Shown: one piece after another, positions 19,479 through 32,572 of the stretch
Numbering within the stretch: the first letter of the stretch is position 1
How the letters are laid out: each line of letters starts with the position of its first letter
From: Candidatus Binatia bacterium
GTDB lineage: Bacteria; Desulfobacterota; Binatia; UBA1149
NCBI GenBank assembly: GCA_046754245.1
Contig: JBHHVL010000007.1
Location: 3,981 to 67,980, forward strand
Direction: 5' to 3'
Length of the DNA stretch: 64,000 nt
Program-made: the position numbers and the translations under genes
Notes under the pieces: generated by a model
Told to the model about the DNA's origin: nothing
Database searches by the model: none
Seen by the model: the letters and a program-made list of their open reading frames with translations, nothing else

Positions 19479-20587
19479 CGCTGCCTCTCCGCCACCAGCT
19501 GGCCGCAGGCAGCCATGATGTCCTGCCCCCTGCTGCTCCTGACGGTCGTGTGTATACCCGCGTCTAACAGTCGCCGCTGAAACGCAGACACACGGGCCGG
19601 TGTCGAGCAGCGGTAAGTCGTACCCGCAAAAGCGTTGAAGGGGATGAGGTTCACCTTGACGGTCAAGGCCTGAAAAAGTCGAATCAACTCCCCGGCGTCG
19701 GCGGCTCCGTCGTTGACGCCATCGAGCATGACGTACTCGAAGGTAATCCGTTTGCGTTGCGGAAGTTCCAGGCGGCGGCAGGTCTGCACGAGATCCGCCA
19801 AGGGATAGCGCAGATTGACCGGCATGAGCCGGTCGCGGAGGTCGTCGGTCGCCGCCGTCAGAGAAACCGCGACGTTGACGTTCACCTCTTTCACCAAACG
19901 TTCGAGCTGCGGTAGGAGGCCAACGGTAGAAACGGTAATCCGCCGGGGAGAAATCCCCAGTCCCCATCGCGCGGTCATGATCCCCAGCGCGCGAACCAGA
20001 CGATCGTAGTTCGCCAGTGGTTCTCCCATCCCCATGAACACGTAGTTGGTAATCGGCTGTTCACCGGCGACCTCGCGGGCGCGAAGAACCTGCACGACGA
20101 TCTCGAAGGGCTCGAGGTTGCGACGCAGCCCGAGAGTAGCGGTCGCGCAGTAGTCACAACCCATCGCGCAGCCTACCTGCGACGACAAGCACAGGGCCAG
20201 ACGGGTTTCCCGGGGAATGAGGACACTCTCCACCGCCACGCCATCACGCAAGCCAACGAGCAGTTTGCTCGTGCCATCGACCGAATTGTAGGTCGCGAGT
20301 CGAGTCGGCGCGTCGCACTCGAAGTCCAACGTGAGCTCCGAACGCAGTTCCGCGGGGAGATTGTGCATGCTATCCACAGCCGTCACCGCTCGGTTGTAGA
20401 ACCAACCGGCTAGTTGCGAGGCGCGATACGGTTCGAAGCCCTTGGTCGCCACCCACTCGCCGATTTCGCCAAGAAACAGCGAGCGGATATTGGGACGCCG
20501 CTTCTCAACCCGCGCGGGGATGGATGTCGAGTTCGTTGAAAAAATATCCGATCTCAAAAGCCGCTGTCTCTGGTCCGTCGGAACCAT
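19460..20587 (-). CDS. rlmN: 23S rRNA (adenine2503-C2)/tRNA methyltransferase, radical SAM
   Basis: ...[14 protein letters not shown]...[15 protein letters not shown]...[10 protein letters not shown]...CGQL... Start is uncertain. The nearest in-frame ATG (20587) overlaps the ndk 3' end by about 80 nt, and no ATG/GTG/TTG lies just upstream of the conserved N-terminus. Confidence 0.85.
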   Translation of the reverse strand: MVPTDQRQRLLRSDIFSTNSTSIPARVEKRRPNIRSLFLGEIGEWVATKGFEPYRASQLAGWFYNRAVTAVDSMHNLPAELRSELTLDFECDAPTRLATYNSVDGTSKLLVGLRDGVAVESVLIPRETRLALCLSSQVGCAMGCDYCATATLGLRRNLEPFEIVVQVLRAREVAGEQPITNYVFMGMGEPLANYDRLVRALGIMTARWGLGISPRRITVSTVGLLPQLERLVKEVNVNVAVSLTAATDDLRDRLMPVNLRYPLADLVQTCRRLELPQRKRITFEYVMLDGVNDGAADAGELIRLFQALTVKVNLIPFNAFAGTTYRCSTPARVSAFQRRLLDAGIHTTVRSSRGQDIMAACGQLVAERQRWPVSV

Positions 20588-20933
20588 GAGCCGCGTTACG
20601 CTCGACGTCGGTACCGCAGAGGTCCCGGATGGTCCCCTTGGCGGCCTCTGCCGGGTTGGTCGCGCCAAGCAGTTCCCTGTAGCGCGCGATCGCGTTCTCA
20701 CCTTCCAGCACTGAGACCAGAACCGGTCCTTCGGACATGAAGGTTGTCAGATCCGAGAAGAACGGCCTCTCCCTGTGTACCCGGTAGAAAGACTCAGCCT
20801 GCGCCTTGGTCAGGTGAACCATCCGGCTCGCTATCACCCTGAGCCCGCCCTTCTCGATGATGTCCAGTACAGCACCGATGGAGTCCTTTGCGACAGCGTC
20901 GGGCTTAATGATCGAGAGCGTTCTTTCCGCCAT
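20505..20933 (-). CDS. ndk: nucleoside-diphosphate kinase
   Basis: [14 protein letters not shown]...NAAHGSD... is collinear with Ndk across its full length. Confidence 0.95.
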   Translation of the reverse strand: MAERTLSIIKPDAVAKDSIGAVLDIIEKGGLRVIASRMVHLTKAQAESFYRVHRERPFFSDLTTFMSEGPVLVSVLEGENAIARYRELLGATNPAEAAKGTIRDLCGTDVERNAAHGSDGPETAAFEIGYFFNELDIHPRAG

Positions 20934-20965
20934 GTTCCAAGCTTCTCCTCGTCGTTCTCAAGGTA

Positions 20966-21841
20966 TCACGTGCCCCTTGCCATCGCCGCTTCGAGCGTAA
21001 CACCCAGTTCCGCGGGACTGCCGGCTACCGCCAGTCCTGCGGCTTCCAGAGCGGCGACCTTCTCGGCCGCGGTGCCCTTACCCCCAGATATTATTGCGCC
21101 GGCGTGGCCCATTCGCTTGCCAGGAGGTGCGGTCTTGCCCGCGATGAAGGCGGCGACGGGCTTGGTCATGTTGGCCTTGATCCACTCGGCTGCCGACTCT
21201 TCGGCACTGCCACCGATCTCGCCTATCATCAGGACGGCGTCCGTATCGGGATCTTCGTTGAACAGCTCAAGGGCGTCGACAAAGCCGGTTCCTATGATCG
21301 GGTCCCCCCCGATTCCGATACAGGTGGACTGCCCTATGCCGAGCCGTGAAAGCTGATGCACGGCCTCGTAGGTAAGGGTCCCGCTGCGGGATATCACCCC
21401 TACGCGACCCGCCGCGTGAATGTAGCCCGGCATGATCCCCACCTTGGCCTCGCCCGGCGTGATGATACCCGGGCAATTAGGACCGATGAGACGCGAACAA
21501 CGACCTTCCAGAAAACGCTTCACGCGTACCATGTCTGCCGTGGGAATACCTTCTGTTATACAGACTATGAGGCCTATACCCGCGTCGGCGGCCTCCATGA
21601 TCGCGTCCGCCGCCCCCGGCGGCGGCACGTAGATGACCGATACATTCGCGCCCGTTCTCTCCACGGCCTCTGCAACCGTGTCGACGATCGGAACGCCTTC
21701 GTATTCGGATCCGCCCTTGCCGGGCCGAACGGCGGAGACCATCTTGGTACCGTAATCCCGACAGCCCAGCAGATGGAACTTGCCGGTCACACCGAGTCCT
21801 TGCGTCACGACCCTGCTCGCCGAATCGAGGAGTATGCTCAT
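20966..21841 (-). CDS. sucD: succinyl-CoA ligase alpha subunit
   Basis: ...GKFHL...SRSGTLTYE...CIGIGGDP... with the SucD His-phosphorylation loop. Confidence 0.95.
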   Translation of the reverse strand: MSILLDSASRVVTQGLGVTGKFHLLGCRDYGTKMVSAVRPGKGGSEYEGVPIVDTVAEAVERTGANVSVIYVPPPGAADAIMEAADAGIGLIVCITEGIPTADMVRVKRFLEGRCSRLIGPNCPGIITPGEAKVGIMPGYIHAAGRVGVISRSGTLTYEAVHQLSRLGIGQSTCIGIGGDPIIGTGFVDALELFNEDPDTDAVLMIGEIGGSAEESAAEWIKANMTKPVAAFIAGKTAPPGKRMGHAGAIISGGKGTAAEKVAALEAAGLAVAGSPAELGVTLEAAMARGT

Positions 21842-21862
21842 GTTCTTACCGCCCTTGCCTCC

Positions 21863-23110
21863 CTACAACCCGGCCGCCTTGACGGCCTTGGCCGCACCGT
21901 CGGCCATGTCCTCAGCGGTGATGATGGCCAGATCCGACTCCGCGATGATGGCCTTGCCCTTCTCGACGTTGGTCCCCTCCAACCTGACCACCAAGGGTAC
22001 CCCGACCTCTACATCCCTAGCCGCTTCGACCACTCCGGCAGCCAACACGTCGCACTGCATGATACCGCCGAATATGTTGATGAAAACCGCCTTCACCTTG
22101 TCATCCGAAAGGATGATCTTGAACGCTTCTGCAACCTTCTCGGCCGTCGCCCCGCCGCCCACATCGCAAAAGTTGGCCGGCGAGCCACCGTGGTGATTGA
22201 TGATGTCCATCGTCGCCATGGCGAGGCCGGCGCCGTTGACCATACAGCCTATATTGCCGTCTAGCGCTATGTAGCTAAGATCGTACTTCGCCGCCCAGGT
22301 TTCTTTGGAATCCTCCTCATTCTCATCCCGCAGCTCGGCGATTTCCGGATGACGGTAGAGCGCGTTGTCGTCAAAGGACACCTTGGCGTCGAGCGCGACG
22401 ATGTCACCATCGCCGGTAAGCACCAAGGGGTTTATCTCCACCAAGGAGGCGTCGAGTTCGGTAAAGGCACGGCTCAGCTGTTTCATGAAGGTTACCGCCT
22501 TGGCCAAGCTCTGTGCCGGGAGTTCCAGCCAGTAGGCCGTCCGCCGGGCCTGACAATCAAGAAGACCAACCGCGGGGTCTATTTCCACCCGCAGTATTTT
22601 TTCGGGGGTCTCCTCGGCGACTCTCTCGATCTCCACGCCACCTTCGATACTCGCCATCATCACCGGGCGGCCCACTGCGCGGTCTACAAGCATGCTGAGA
22701 TACAGCTCACGGGCTATGTCGCAACCCTCTTCGACCAAAACCTGGCGAACCCGACGGCCCAGAGGACCGGTCTGGCGCGTGACCAGCAGACTGCCGATCA
22801 TCCCGTCAACAGCGGCCCGGGCTTCCTCGGCCGACCGGACGAGCCGTACTCCGCCCGGCATACCGTGAGGCGGCAACCCCTCTCTGGCCAGATGCTCGTG
22901 AAACAGGCCTCCGGCCTCTTCGGCGCTGGTCACCAACGCGCCCGCACCCCGCCCCCCCGCGTGTATCTGAGCCTTGACGACGGCCACCTCACTCCCCAGT
23001 TCCTCGACCGCGGAGGCGGCTTTCTCCGGGTCGTCGACGACGATGCCGCGCGGCACGCTCAGACCGAATGCTGCGAGCTGGGCTTTGCCCTGGTATTCGT
23101 GGACGTTCAT
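21863..23110 (-). CDS. sucC: succinyl-CoA ligase beta subunit, carrying an in-frame ~28-aa insertion in the ATP-grasp domain
   Basis: MNVHEYQGK...HAGGRG...[23 protein letters not shown]... is collinear with SucC except for an extra segment, [28 protein letters not shown], inserted after GGRG. Confidence 0.95.
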   Translation of the reverse strand: MNVHEYQGKAQLAAFGLSVPRGIVVDDPEKAASAVEELGSEVAVVKAQIHAGGRGAGALVTSAEEAGGLFHEHLAREGLPPHGMPGGVRLVRSAEEARAAVDGMIGSLLVTRQTGPLGRRVRQVLVEEGCDIARELYLSMLVDRAVGRPVMMASIEGGVEIERVAEETPEKILRVEIDPAVGLLDCQARRTAYWLELPAQSLAKAVTFMKQLSRAFTELDASLVEINPLVLTGDGDIVALDAKVSFDDNALYRHPEIAELRDENEEDSKETWAAKYDLSYIALDGNIGCMVNGAGLAMATMDIINHHGGSPANFCDVGGGATAEKVAEAFKIILSDDKVKAVFINIFGGIMQCDVLAAGVVEAARDVEVGVPLVVRLEGTNVEKGKAIIAESDLAIITAEDMADGAAKAVKAAGL

Positions 23111-23133
23111 GTGGCTTACCTCTCCGGTAGGAT

Positions 23134-23889
23134 CTAGCGCAGGAGCAAATCCCGCAAGGACTTGAGGGTGACGTCCCGGCCCAGCTTGGCGATGGCCTTG
23201 GTAAGCGGAATCTCCTTCGGGCAGACCTCGACACAGTTTTGCGCGTTTCCGCAGTCCGACAGGCCGCCGCGGCCCATGATCGTACTCAAGCGCTCATCGG
23301 CCGTCATCGCCGCCGTGGGATGGGTATTGAACATGTAGACCTGCCCTAGCGTGTTCGCGCCGATGAAATCAAAGGAATCGCTGTACTGGGGACAGGCTTC
23401 GAGACAGCAGCCGCAGGTCATGCAACGAGAGAAAGCGTAGGCTTCCGCTTGGCTGTCCTGCGACTGACGCGGGCCGGCTCCGAGATCGTAGGTCCCGTCG
23501 ATCGCGACCCAGGCCTTCACCCTTTTCAGGTTTTCGAACATCCGGCTGCGGTCCACCACCAGGTCGCGGACCAAGGGGAACTTCGCCATCGGCTCAAGGG
23601 TAACGGGCTGCTCGAGGTTGTCGATTAGGGTGGAACAGGCCTGCCGCACCCTGCCGTTGATGACCATCGTGCAGGCCCCACAGACTTCCTCCAGGCAGTT
23701 GGATTCCCAGACCACCGGGCGCGTTCGCTCCCCTTGCCTCGTAACCGGTGCCGCCTGGATCTCCATAAGAACCGAAATCACGTTGTGTTGAGCCTTATAG
23801 GGAATGGAAAATTCCTCCCAGTAGGGTTCCGACTCGGGACCATCCTGCCGCCTGACCTTGACCTCTATGGTGTCGACTCGCTGAGACAT
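23134..23889 (-). CDS. sdhB: succinate dehydrogenase/fumarate reductase iron-sulfur subunit
   Basis: 2Fe-2S and 4Fe-4S cysteine clusters (CGACTM...CMTCGCC...CPKE). Confidence 0.9.
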   Translation of the reverse strand: MSQRVDTIEVKVRRQDGPESEPYWEEFSIPYKAQHNVISVLMEIQAAPVTRQGERTRPVVWESNCLEEVCGACTMVINGRVRQACSTLIDNLEQPVTLEPMAKFPLVRDLVVDRSRMFENLKRVKAWVAIDGTYDLGAGPRQSQDSQAEAYAFSRCMTCGCCLEACPQYSDSFDFIGANTLGQVYMFNTHPTAAMTADERLSTIMGRGGLSDCGNAQNCVEVCPKEIPLTKAIAKLGRDVTLKSLRDLLLR

Positions 23890-23899
23890 CCGCGCCCCT

Positions 23900-25642
23900 T
23901 TACCTGATATCCACGTTGTAGACCCGCTCGCGAGGAGGGATGAACCCCGTGTCTACATCCTCGTAGGCGAGCTGAGGCCCCGAGGCGGTCCAGCTGGCCC
24001 GCGTGGTCTTGAGAAAATTGTCGTCGTCACGTTGGGGAAAGTCCGGCTTGTAGTGTGCACCGCGGCTCTCGTCACGGCGCAGCGCGCCCAGTGTCATGAC
24101 GCGTGCGAGCTCGAGCATGTTCCACAGTTGACCGACAAAGCTCAGTTCCTGATTGGCCCGACGACCGGTGTCGTTCATCCCGATGTCTCGCCACCTATCC
24201 ATGAGCTCCCTGATCTTGACGTCGGTTTCCTCGAGCTTGGAGTTGTGCCGCTCCACCGTAACGTTACGAGTCATCCAGTCCCCGAGTTCCCGCCAGAGCA
24301 GGTAGGCGTTCTCCTTCCCCCGCATGGCCCGGATTTCCGTGAAGCGCTCCTCCTGCCTGGCGCTCTCGGCGACCGCAGCGCCGGTAGAAGACGAAGCGCT
24401 CAGCCCTTCCGCGAAGGCAACCATGTTGGGCCCGGCGACCATGCCTCCGTAGATGCACGACAACAAGGAGTTGGCCCCCAGACGGTTCGCACCGTGGTAC
24501 TGGTACTCGCATTCTCCAGCCGCGAACAGCCCGGGAACGTCGGTCGCCTGATCAAAGTCGACCCACAGGCCACCCATAGAATAGTGCATGGCCGGAAATA
24601 CCTTCATCGGCACCTCCCGCGGGTCGGCCCCCATGAACTTCTCGTAGATTTCCAGGACGCCGCCCAGTTTGCGCGTCAGCATGTCTGGATCGAGGTGGGT
24701 AACGTCGAGAAAGACGCAGTTTTGCTCGTCGATCTTCAGCCCTTCCTCGAACACGACCTTGTGTATGGCGCGGCTGGCGATGTCGCGCGGAACGAGGTTG
24801 CCGTAAGCCGGATACCATTCTTCAAGAAAGTACCAGGGCTTGCCGTTCTTGTAGGTCCACACGCGGCCACCCTCACCTCGAACGGACTCGGATATGAGCC
24901 TCAGCTTGTCCTGCCCCGGAATCGCGGTGGGATGCACCTGAATGAACTCACCGTTGGCGTAGGTCGCTCCCTGCATGTAGACAGCGGCCGCCGCCGTGCC
25001 CGTGTTGACCATCGAGTTGGTAGAACGCCCGAAGACGATCCCCGGCCCACCCGTGGCGAGCAGAACGGCAGGTGCTTCGAAGGCCCGTATTTCGGTGGTC
25101 AGGAGGTCCATCGCCGTGATGCCGCGACAGCATCCCGACGAATCGATGACCGCGGAAAGAAACTCCCAGTTTTCGAACTTGCGAATGAGGCCCTCCGCCT
25201 CGTAGCGGCGGACCTGCTCGTCCAGGGCGTAGAGGATCTGTTGCCCCGTGGTGGCTCCGGCGAAAGCGGTGCGGTTGTGCTTGGTTCCGCCGAAGCGGCG
25301 AAAATCGAGGTTACCTTCGGGCGTGCGGCTGAAGGGAACCCCCATCCGATCGAGAAGGTATATGACCTCCGGCGCCTTCTCACACATGCGCTTGACCGGG
25401 CTCTGGTTGGCGAGAAAATCCCCCCCGTAGATGGTGTCGTCGAAGTGGATGGCTGGGGAATCCCCCTCTCCCTTGAGGTTCACCGCGGCGTTGATTCCCC
25501 CCTGAGCGCACACCGAGTGGCTGCGCTTGACGGGGACGATCGAAAACAGATCTACCCCGACCCCCTGTTCGGCGATCTTGATTGAGGCCATGAGGCCCGC
25601 AAGGCCCCCGCCGACAACGATCAGTCTCCGCCCACCGTCCAT
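23900..25642 (-). CDS. sdhA: succinate dehydrogenase/fumarate reductase flavoprotein subunit
   Basis: VVGGGLAGLMA...SHSVCAQGGINAA...HYSMGGL... FAD-binding flavoprotein. Confidence 0.95.
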   Translation of the reverse strand: MDGGRRLIVVGGGLAGLMASIKIAEQGVGVDLFSIVPVKRSHSVCAQGGINAAVNLKGEGDSPAIHFDDTIYGGDFLANQSPVKRMCEKAPEVIYLLDRMGVPFSRTPEGNLDFRRFGGTKHNRTAFAGATTGQQILYALDEQVRRYEAEGLIRKFENWEFLSAVIDSSGCCRGITAMDLLTTEIRAFEAPAVLLATGGPGIVFGRSTNSMVNTGTAAAAVYMQGATYANGEFIQVHPTAIPGQDKLRLISESVRGEGGRVWTYKNGKPWYFLEEWYPAYGNLVPRDIASRAIHKVVFEEGLKIDEQNCVFLDVTHLDPDMLTRKLGGVLEIYEKFMGADPREVPMKVFPAMHYSMGGLWVDFDQATDVPGLFAAGECEYQYHGANRLGANSLLSCIYGGMVAGPNMVAFAEGLSASSSTGAAVAESARQEERFTEIRAMRGKENAYLLWRELGDWMTRNVTVERHNSKLEETDVKIRELMDRWRDIGMNDTGRRANQELSFVGQLWNMLELARVMTLGALRRDESRGAHYKPDFPQRDDDNFLKTTRASWTASGPQLAYEDVDTGFIPPRERVYNVDIR

Positions 25643-25651
25643 ATCGTTCCC

Positions 25652-26281
25652 CTACGGCCTGAACGCCAGGATGATGTTGAGCCCCAGCACGGACATGCCG
25701 ACAAAGAGCGTAAGACAGGCCGCCTGCAGCACCCGTTGCGCCCTCGGGCCAACCGTCAGCCCCCAGGAGACAGAAAAACCCCAGATACCGTTGGCAAAGT
25801 GGAAGACGCTCGCGAGAACGCCGACAACGTAAACCGCGAGCACGAGCGGGTTCGCCATCCAGGATTGCATCTCCGAGAAATCGGCGTCAACACCGGTAAG
25901 GTAGTACCGTATGCGTGTAGACGCCACGTGAAAGCCGATGAAGAAGAAAGCTATGACGCCGCTTAGCCGCTGCAGGGTATAGAAATAATTGCGCTGGTAC
26001 CCATAGGTCGCGAAGTTCGGGCGGCCCGTACGCACGATGTAGAGTCCGTAGAAGGCGTGGAAGAGGATGGGAACGTACAGTACCGTAATCTCCAGGGTCA
26101 GGAGTATCGGTAGTGGAACCGCCTGAATCGCTTCGGCGCCTTCGGCCCACGCCTGGGGCCCAGCCAGGATCTTCCCGTTCTCGAAGAAGTGGAAGAGCAG
26201 GAAGCCGCCGATCGGTACTATCCCCGAAAGCGAGTGCAGCCTTCTAAGCAGAAAATGCTTCGCGTCCGCGTCCATCGCCAT
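25652..26281 (-). CDS. sdhC: succinate dehydrogenase cytochrome b subunit (type-B, five-helix)
   Basis: 209-aa polytopic membrane protein located immediately upstream of sdhA, with conserved His-bearing helices. Confidence 0.75.
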   Translation of the reverse strand: MAMDADAKHFLLRRLHSLSGIVPIGGFLLFHFFENGKILAGPQAWAEGAEAIQAVPLPILLTLEITVLYVPILFHAFYGLYIVRTGRPNFATYGYQRNYFYTLQRLSGVIAFFFIGFHVASTRIRYYLTGVDADFSEMQSWMANPLVLAVYVVGVLASVFHFANGIWGFSVSWGLTVGPRAQRVLQAACLTLFVGMSVLGLNIILAFRP

Positions 26282-26305
26282 TGAATATCCCCTACCAGCT
26301 CGCCC

Positions 26306-28530
<2,225 letters not shown>

Positions 28531-28634
28531 CGGGACAGGCCGCGGCCAAGTAGCGATACTTATCCAAGCGGGCCGGAGGAGTCAAAACCGAAGAAGCGGA
28601 TCTTACGAAAGCGGCCAGCGCCCTTAAGCGTTAC

Positions 28635-30710
28635 TTATGACCCTTTTTCCTTGTTCGCGCCCTCCACTACCCCCGCCGTCAGATGATCGGGGAGCCGTTC
28701 GTAGTGGGAGAATCCCATCTCGAAGGATCCCCGACCGCTCGTCAGGCTGGTAAGATCGGGCTGGTAGCGCAGCAGCTCCGCGAGCGGCGCTTTGGCCCGT
28801 ATCACTTCCTTGTCCGCCACCTGTTCCATGCCTTCCACTTTCGCTCGGCGAGCGTTGAGGTCGCCCATCACGTCGCCCATGCACTCGTCGGGAACCGACA
28901 CCTCGAGCGATACGTAGGGCTCCAGCAACACCGCGTGAGCCTCAGCCATCGCGTTCTTGAACGCCATCGACCCCGCTGTCTTGAAGGCCATCTCTGACGA
29001 ATCGACGTCATGATACTGGCCATCGTAGAGGGTCACCTTGACGTCCACCACCGGATAGCCCGCTATCACACCGCTCTTCATGGCTTCGACAACGCCCTTT
29101 TTCACGGCTGGAATGAAACCCTTGGGAATCGCTCCACCGACGATTTTGTTGACGAATTCGAACCCGGCGCCCGCGGGCTGGGGTTCCACCTCTATACGGC
29201 AGTCGGCGAACTGGCCGTGGCCGCCGGTCTGCTTCTTTAGCCTACCGTGGGCCTTGACGGCCTTGCGAATGGTCTCCTTGTAGGGGACCTTGGGAGCCTT
29301 GAGAATTACCTTGACGCCGTACTTTCGCTCGAGTTTTTCACAGGCCACTTCGACGTGAAGCTGTCCGGAACCGGAAAGGAGTATTTCTCCCGAGTCCTCG
29401 TCACGCTCGACCTGCAGGCTCTGGTCCTCTTCGGCGACGCGCAATAGCCCCTGCATCGCCTTGTCCTCTTCGCCTCGTTTCTCCGTCTCGAGGGCAAAAG
29501 ATATCGCCGGATGCGCTGGCTCCAGCGACCTGATGACGACCTTGCGCTTGGGATCGGCGAGGGTATCGCCGCTGTGGGTGTCCTTGAGCTTGGCGACGCC
29601 CGCTATATCCCCCGTCGAGGCGCTTTCGATCTCGACGGTCTTGCGCCCCTCCAGCCGGAACAGGTGACCGATGCGCTCCTTGCTATGGGTTCGCGTGTTA
29701 ACGACTTGCAGATCCCCCCGAGCCTGGCCCGAAACCACCCTGAACAGCGAGAGCTTGCCTGCGTGCGGGTCAACGATGGTCTTGAAAACAAAAGCAACGA
29801 ACGGAGCGTCCTTGTCAGGCGCGACCTCGACGGCCTCGCCGGCTTCGTCGGTCGCCTGCTCGGGGTCGACCTGTTCGGGCGACGGCAAGAAATCCACAAC
29901 GGCGTCGAGAAGCTGGGGAACCCCCACGTTCTCTGCGGCCGAACCACAGAGAAGCGGAACGGTGGAACCGCCGAGCACGGCGGCCTTCAGGCCCTCGACG
30001 ATGTCGTCAGCACCGAGCTCACCGCGGTCGAGGTATTTCTCGAGCAGTTCGTCGCTGCCTTCAGCGGCTTCTTCCATGAGTGTATTGCGATACTCCGCCA
30101 CGCTCTCCGTCATTTCTCCCGGGATTTCGCCGACCTTGAACTTCCCGCTGGCAGCTTCGAAGACCAAGGCCTTCTCGCTCACGAGGTCCACGAGACCCAC
30201 CACGCGACCCTCCGAGAGAATTGGAAGCTGGAGGGCCACCGCGTGGGGACCAAGAATATCGCGGGCCTGCCCGAGTATCGTCGCGAAGTCCTGGTCGCTA
30301 CGGTCGAGGCGGTTGATGAAACCGAGCGTCGGAAGCTTCTCCGCCTGGGTCCAGGAGCGCACCTTGGTTGCTTCCGCGCGCGGCTGCGAAGCAGCGTCCA
30401 GCACCATGATAACGCCCGCCACTCCTCGAAGAACCGGACGCAGCTCCTGCACGAAGTTACCCTGGCCCGGCGTGTCGAGAATAGTAACGTCGTACTTCTT
30501 CCAGGTGACGTGGAACAACGAGGTCGAGACCGAACACCCGTGTCTGATCTCTTCCGGCTCGGTATCGAAAACGGAGTTCCCCTCGTCGACCCGGCCGAGC
30601 CTATTGTTCCCGCCGGCGGCAAAGACCATCGCGTCCGCGACCGAGGTCTTTCCCGCGCCACCCTGGCCAGCTACGGCCAGGGTTCTGATGGCTGACAACC
30701 CTACTGCCAC
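28635..30710 (-). CDS. elongation factor G paralogue with non-canonical GTPase motifs
   Basis: 691 aa, collinear with EF-G through domains I to V. The P-loop reads GQGGAGKTS; G3 reads DTPGQ instead of DTPGH; G4 reads NRLD instead of NKxD. Confidence 0.8.
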   Translation of the reverse strand: MAVGLSAIRTLAVAGQGGAGKTSVADAMVFAAGGNNRLGRVDEGNSVFDTEPEEIRHGCSVSTSLFHVTWKKYDVTILDTPGQGNFVQELRPVLRGVAGVIMVLDAASQPRAEATKVRSWTQAEKLPTLGFINRLDRSDQDFATILGQARDILGPHAVALQLPILSEGRVVGLVDLVSEKALVFEAASGKFKVGEIPGEMTESVAEYRNTLMEEAAEGSDELLEKYLDRGELGADDIVEGLKAAVLGGSTVPLLCGSAAENVGVPQLLDAVVDFLPSPEQVDPEQATDEAGEAVEVAPDKDAPFVAFVFKTIVDPHAGKLSLFRVVSGQARGDLQVVNTRTHSKERIGHLFRLEGRKTVEIESASTGDIAGVAKLKDTHSGDTLADPKRKVVIRSLEPAHPAISFALETEKRGEEDKAMQGLLRVAEEDQSLQVERDEDSGEILLSGSGQLHVEVACEKLERKYGVKVILKAPKVPYKETIRKAVKAHGRLKKQTGGHGQFADCRIEVEPQPAGAGFEFVNKIVGGAIPKGFIPAVKKGVVEAMKSGVIAGYPVVDVKVTLYDGQYHDVDSSEMAFKTAGSMAFKNAMAEAHAVLLEPYVSLEVSVPDECMGDVMGDLNARRAKVEGMEQVADKEVIRAKAPLAELLRYQPDLTSLTSGRGSFEMGFSHYERLPDHLTAGVVEGANKEKGS

Positions 30711-30767
30711 TGTTGCCTCCTTGCTTATCGGTAAATCTGCATTCTGCTCATCTACCAGCGGCCAACC

Positions 30768-31580
30768 TCAAGTCGCGGCCGGGCCCTGGTTGCGATCGTT
30801 GACAATCCTCAACCCCTCCAGGGTGAGAAACTCGTCGACATCTTGAATCGTGGCCGACTCCGAAGCTATCAGGGACGCCAATCCGCCGGTAGCTATAACG
30901 TAAGCCTTCACGCCTTCCTCGTCCTGGATCTGGCGCACCAAACCGTCGACCATTTCCACGTACCCGTAGGTAACCCCCGCCTGTATCGCGTTCACCGTGT
31001 TACGACCCACCACCCGACTCGGACGAACGAGTTCCACGCGCGGCAGCTTGGCCGTACGTGTATAGAGCGCGTCAAGCGAAATCCCTATGCCTGGAATAAT
31101 GATACCGCCCACGTATTCGCCGGCCGCCGAGATGTAGTCCAGCGTGGTAGCGGTACCGAAGTCAACCACGACCGTCACGTCCCGGCTGCGCTCGTAGGCC
31201 GCCACGGCGTTGACGATGCGGTCGGCACCGACCTCCCGGGGATTATCGTAGAGAATAGACATCCCGGTCTTTACTCCCGGTCCGACCATCAGGGGCTTTA
31301 CGTTGAAGTAACTCCTGCACATCCCCTCTATCACGGTCGACATCGGCGGAACCACACACGACACCACGACGCCGGTGACCCCGCGCGCTGATATTTCCGA
31401 AGAATGAAACAGGCTCCACATCAGCATGCCGAACTCGTCAGTGGTGCGACCCGGTTCGGTAACAACGCGCCAGTGTTTGATGAGGTCGCGTCCCGCGAAC
31501 AGGCCGATGACTGTATCGGTGTTACCGACGTCCATGGCGACCAGAAAACGTGTATCGCCGGATTCGATTCGCCCCGTCAC
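30768..31580 (-). CDS. coaX: type III pantothenate kinase
   Basis: ...LVAMDVGNTDTVIGLF... and the Bvg accessory factor fold. Adjacent to birA. Confidence 0.85.
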   Translation of the reverse strand: MTGRIESGDTRFLVAMDVGNTDTVIGLFAGRDLIKHWRVVTEPGRTTDEFGMLMWSLFHSSEISARGVTGVVVSCVVPPMSTVIEGMCRSYFNVKPLMVGPGVKTGMSILYDNPREVGADRIVNAVAAYERSRDVTVVVDFGTATTLDYISAAGEYVGGIIIPGIGISLDALYTRTAKLPRVELVRPSRVVGRNTVNAIQAGVTYGYVEMVDGLVRQIQDEEGVKAYVIATGGLASLIASESATIQDVDEFLTLEGLRIVNDRNQGPAAT

Positions 31581-32572
31581 TGACAGTATCCCCCTGGGAG
31601 GGTGACGTCTCCCGCGAGCACTCGCGTGGGAGGCACGCTGCGCCCCGCAGAGTCTTCTTTGACCAGAAGTGCACCGTCTGTGTCAATCCCTACGCACTGT
31701 CCTCGGAGTCGCCGTCCCGCCACGACTACCGTGACAGCCCGGCCTCGAAGCGACGAGCGAGCCTCCCACTGCGGGGCAATAGCCGAGAAGCCCTCGTGCG
31801 TGTAGGTCGCGTATAGGCGTTCGAGATGACCCAGCAACGACGCCACGAACGCGACGCGATCCACGCTTCGCCCGGAATGGATGAGAACCGAGGTGGCCGT
31901 GTCCCGCAGATCCTCGGAGAAGTGTTCAGCCTCGCTATTGAGGTTTACCCCGATCCCGACTACCACAAAGCCAACCCTGTCTGTCTCGGCTTCTATCTCG
32001 GTGAGCACGCCGCAGACCTTGCGGCCGCCGAGGAGCACGTCGTTGGGCCATTTTATCGCCGGCTCCAGACCGATCTCGCTGAGCGCGGACGCGACGGCGA
32101 CGGCCGCTACCAGCGAAAGCTGGGGAGCGTGCGCGGGAGGTATGTCGGGGCGCAAGAGAACCGAAAGATAGAGGTTCACGCCAGGAACGGATTCCCACTG
32201 CCTGCCGAGCCGACCGCGTCCCGCGCTCTGTTCGTCTGCGATCACGACCAGGCCCTCGGCCTCCCCCCTGCGGCCGCATTCGAACGCATCTTTATTCGTA
32301 GAGGCAGTGCGCGCGAAGCAGACCAGGCGCGTGTATAGGCCGCGGGGACGGAGAAGCGGTCTGATCTCCTCTTCTATCAACGCGTCGGGGCAATACACTA
32401 GCCGGTATCCACACGAACGCTTGCTCTCGATGCGAAACCCTCTCCTTCTCAGCATCTGGACCTGCTTCCACACCGCGGCACGCGATAGACCCAATCGCCC
32501 AGCCAGGTCCTGGCCGGAGACAAAGCCGTCGCCTTCCCTCAGAGCCGCGATGATTTCAGCTCGTCGGCTCAC
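31577..32572 (-). CDS. birA: bifunctional biotin--[acetyl-CoA-carboxylase] ligase / repressor
   Basis: N-terminal HTH region (...LAGRLGLSRAAVWKQVQMLRRRGF...) followed by a GRGRLGRQW biotin-ligase motif. Confidence 0.85.
   Translation of the reverse strand: MSRRAEIIAALREGDGFVSGQDLAGRLGLSRAAVWKQVQMLRRRGFRIESKRSCGYRLVYCPDALIEEEIRPLLRPRGLYTRLVCFARTASTNKDAFECGRRGEAEGLVVIADEQSAGRGRLGRQWESVPGVNLYLSVLLRPDIPPAHAPQLSLVAAVAVASALSEIGLEPAIKWPNDVLLGGRKVCGVLTEIEAETDRVGFVVVGIGVNLNSEAEHFSEDLRDTATSVLIHSGRSVDRVAFVASLLGHLERLYATYTHEGFSAIAPQWEARSSLRGRAVTVVVAGRRLRGQCVGIDTDGALLVKEDSAGRSVPPTRVLAGDVTLPGGYCQ

Noticed and set aside
18543-19967. 474-aa version of the DAGK-like ORF with an N-terminal extension
   Set aside because: The first ~160 residues are Arg/Pro-rich and overlap the rlmN coding region out of frame. 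The conserved DAGK domain starts at the internal ATG (19478), which has its own RBS.
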